From: Octopus bimaculoides
Lineage: Eukaryota
Assembly (NCBI RefSeq): GCF_001194135.2
Contig: NC_068981.1
Location: 165,207,808-165,271,807 of the forward strand
Reading direction: 5' to 3'
DNA length: 64,000 nt
The notes under the pieces were generated by a model, which saw nothing but the letters and a program-made list of their open reading frames with translations, had not been told where the DNA came from and searched no databases. Every line of letters begins with the position of its first letter. Position 1 is the stretch's first letter. The position numbers and the translations under genes were made by a program. Below are positions 62,558-64,000 of this stretch, in pieces.

Positions 62558-62610
<53 letters not shown>

Positions 62611-62942
62611 GTGCATGCATACTTAAACATGTATGGTAATAAACAGCCACACACAGGTGCTCCCACACACACATGCACATGTACATACTTATAGGCATGC
62701 GTGTGTGTGTGTTCTACAAAGTATTAAAATTCATAAGCGCTAAAACAGTCACTCCAAGGGGCAGATGGAGAATGGAAATTAGAGAGGGACATCTCGTGCG
62801 GATGGCTTTATGATAAACAATTAAATTAGATAATATGTCGGTACATACGTACATGCGTACATACATACATACATACATACACACATGCACACAGACACAG
62901 ACGCAGACACACACATATATATGGATGTGTATATATATATAT

Positions 62943-62976
<34 letters not shown>

Positions 62977-63577
62977 ACACACACATGCATACCTATGTAC
63001 AAATATATACGCATCCTTTTTTCTCAAGCGCATTCTGTACATTAATTATATATATTTAATACGTCCCTTGGAATTCTAATGAGTGTTGTTAAATAATATT
63101 TCCATTATTCAACTTCCTAAAGATAATTCTAGAGGTCTTCAATAAAATAGCGAACAACATCGTTTTTAAAATGTACTGGTGGGAGAAAGGCCGCTGACTC
63201 AACTTAAATACCATTCATTCTGAATGTATAGCACATGATCACGAGACGGACATGAAACAAAACCGGGTATAACATAATTTACATACATCTATACAAACAC
63301 TTCAGTGCACGCACAGAAACATAGAAGCACACAGACAAACACACACAGATACGCAGATAGACAGACGCGCACCCACTGTCACACAAACTGATGTATGCAA
63401 TGATATGGTTAAGCATAGACATATGCATGTATGAGAGAGGAAAGTGAGAGAGTGAGAGAGTGAGAGAGAGAGTGTAGCAGTGTGAATATGTGTTTCTGTG
63501 CGTATGAGTGCCTGTGTGTGTGTGTCTGTGTGTGTGTGTGTGTGTGTGTGGAGAGAGAGAGAGAGAGAGAGAGAGAA

Positions 63578-63721
63578 GTACGTTGCGGTGAGTAGCTTGC
63601 TTACCAGCCATATGGTTCAGTCCCACTGCGTGGCACCTTGGGTAAGTGTCTTCTACTATAGCCTCGGGCCGACCAAAGCCTTGTGAGTGGATTTGGTAGA
63701 CGGAAACTGAAAGAAACCCGT

Positions 63722-63762
<41 letters not shown>

Positions 63763-63935
63763 ACAACCGATGCCGGTGTGTTTACGTCCTCGTAACTTAG
63801 TGGTTCTGAAATAAGAGACTGATAGAATAATTACTAGGTTTACAAAGAATAAGTCCTGGTGTCGATTTGTTCGACTAAAGGTAGTGCTCCAGCATGGCCG
63901 CAGTCAAATGACTGCAACAAATAAAGGAATAAAAA
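63578..63935 (+). mobile_element. SINE family C copy
   Basis: GTAGCTTGCTTACC...GTGGCACCTTGGGTAAGTGTCTTCTACTATAGCC...[TA repeat]...CTCCAGCATGGCCGCAGTCAAATGACTG. Confidence 0.9.
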
Positions 63936-63968
63936 ACTAGACTGCACATATATGTATATATGCGTATG

Positions 63969-64000
<32 letters not shown>

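Overview
Repeat-rich, AT-rich animal genomic DNA, intronic or intergenic in character. The SINE, LINE and microsatellite content looks like an octopus (coleoid cephalopod) genome; this is inferred from repeat recognition, not from a database search. Roughly 9% of the window is N gaps, almost all flanked by microsatellites. No complete protein-coding gene, tRNA or rRNA gene, or CRISPR array can be supported, and nearly all ORF-track entries are microsatellite or N read-through artefacts. Supported features are about 20 SINE copies from three families, decayed DNA transposons (three mariner fragments, one Tc1, one probable Helentron-type HINE nested in a SINE, one foldback/MITE), and decayed retroelements (two RTE, one CR1-like, one Tx1/L1-like, two stacked R4/Dong-like endonuclease fragments and three Penelope-like elements, the largest keeping RT and GIY-YIG motifs). 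The most interesting signals are (1) minimal hammerhead-ribozyme motifs in Penelope-related sequence, one with an intact catalytic core; (2) retroelements sitting inside specific microsatellites: Tx1 in (GATA)n, R4/Dong after (AAT)n, and a Penelope-derived short element in (TATG)n; (3) a ~110 bp foldback with a poly-T and hairpin spacer; (4) two unique islands sharing the same set of transcription-factor motifs; and (5) several splice-signal-bounded candidate exons and micro-exons of an unidentified host gene. I found no evidence of a wholly new multi-gene system.
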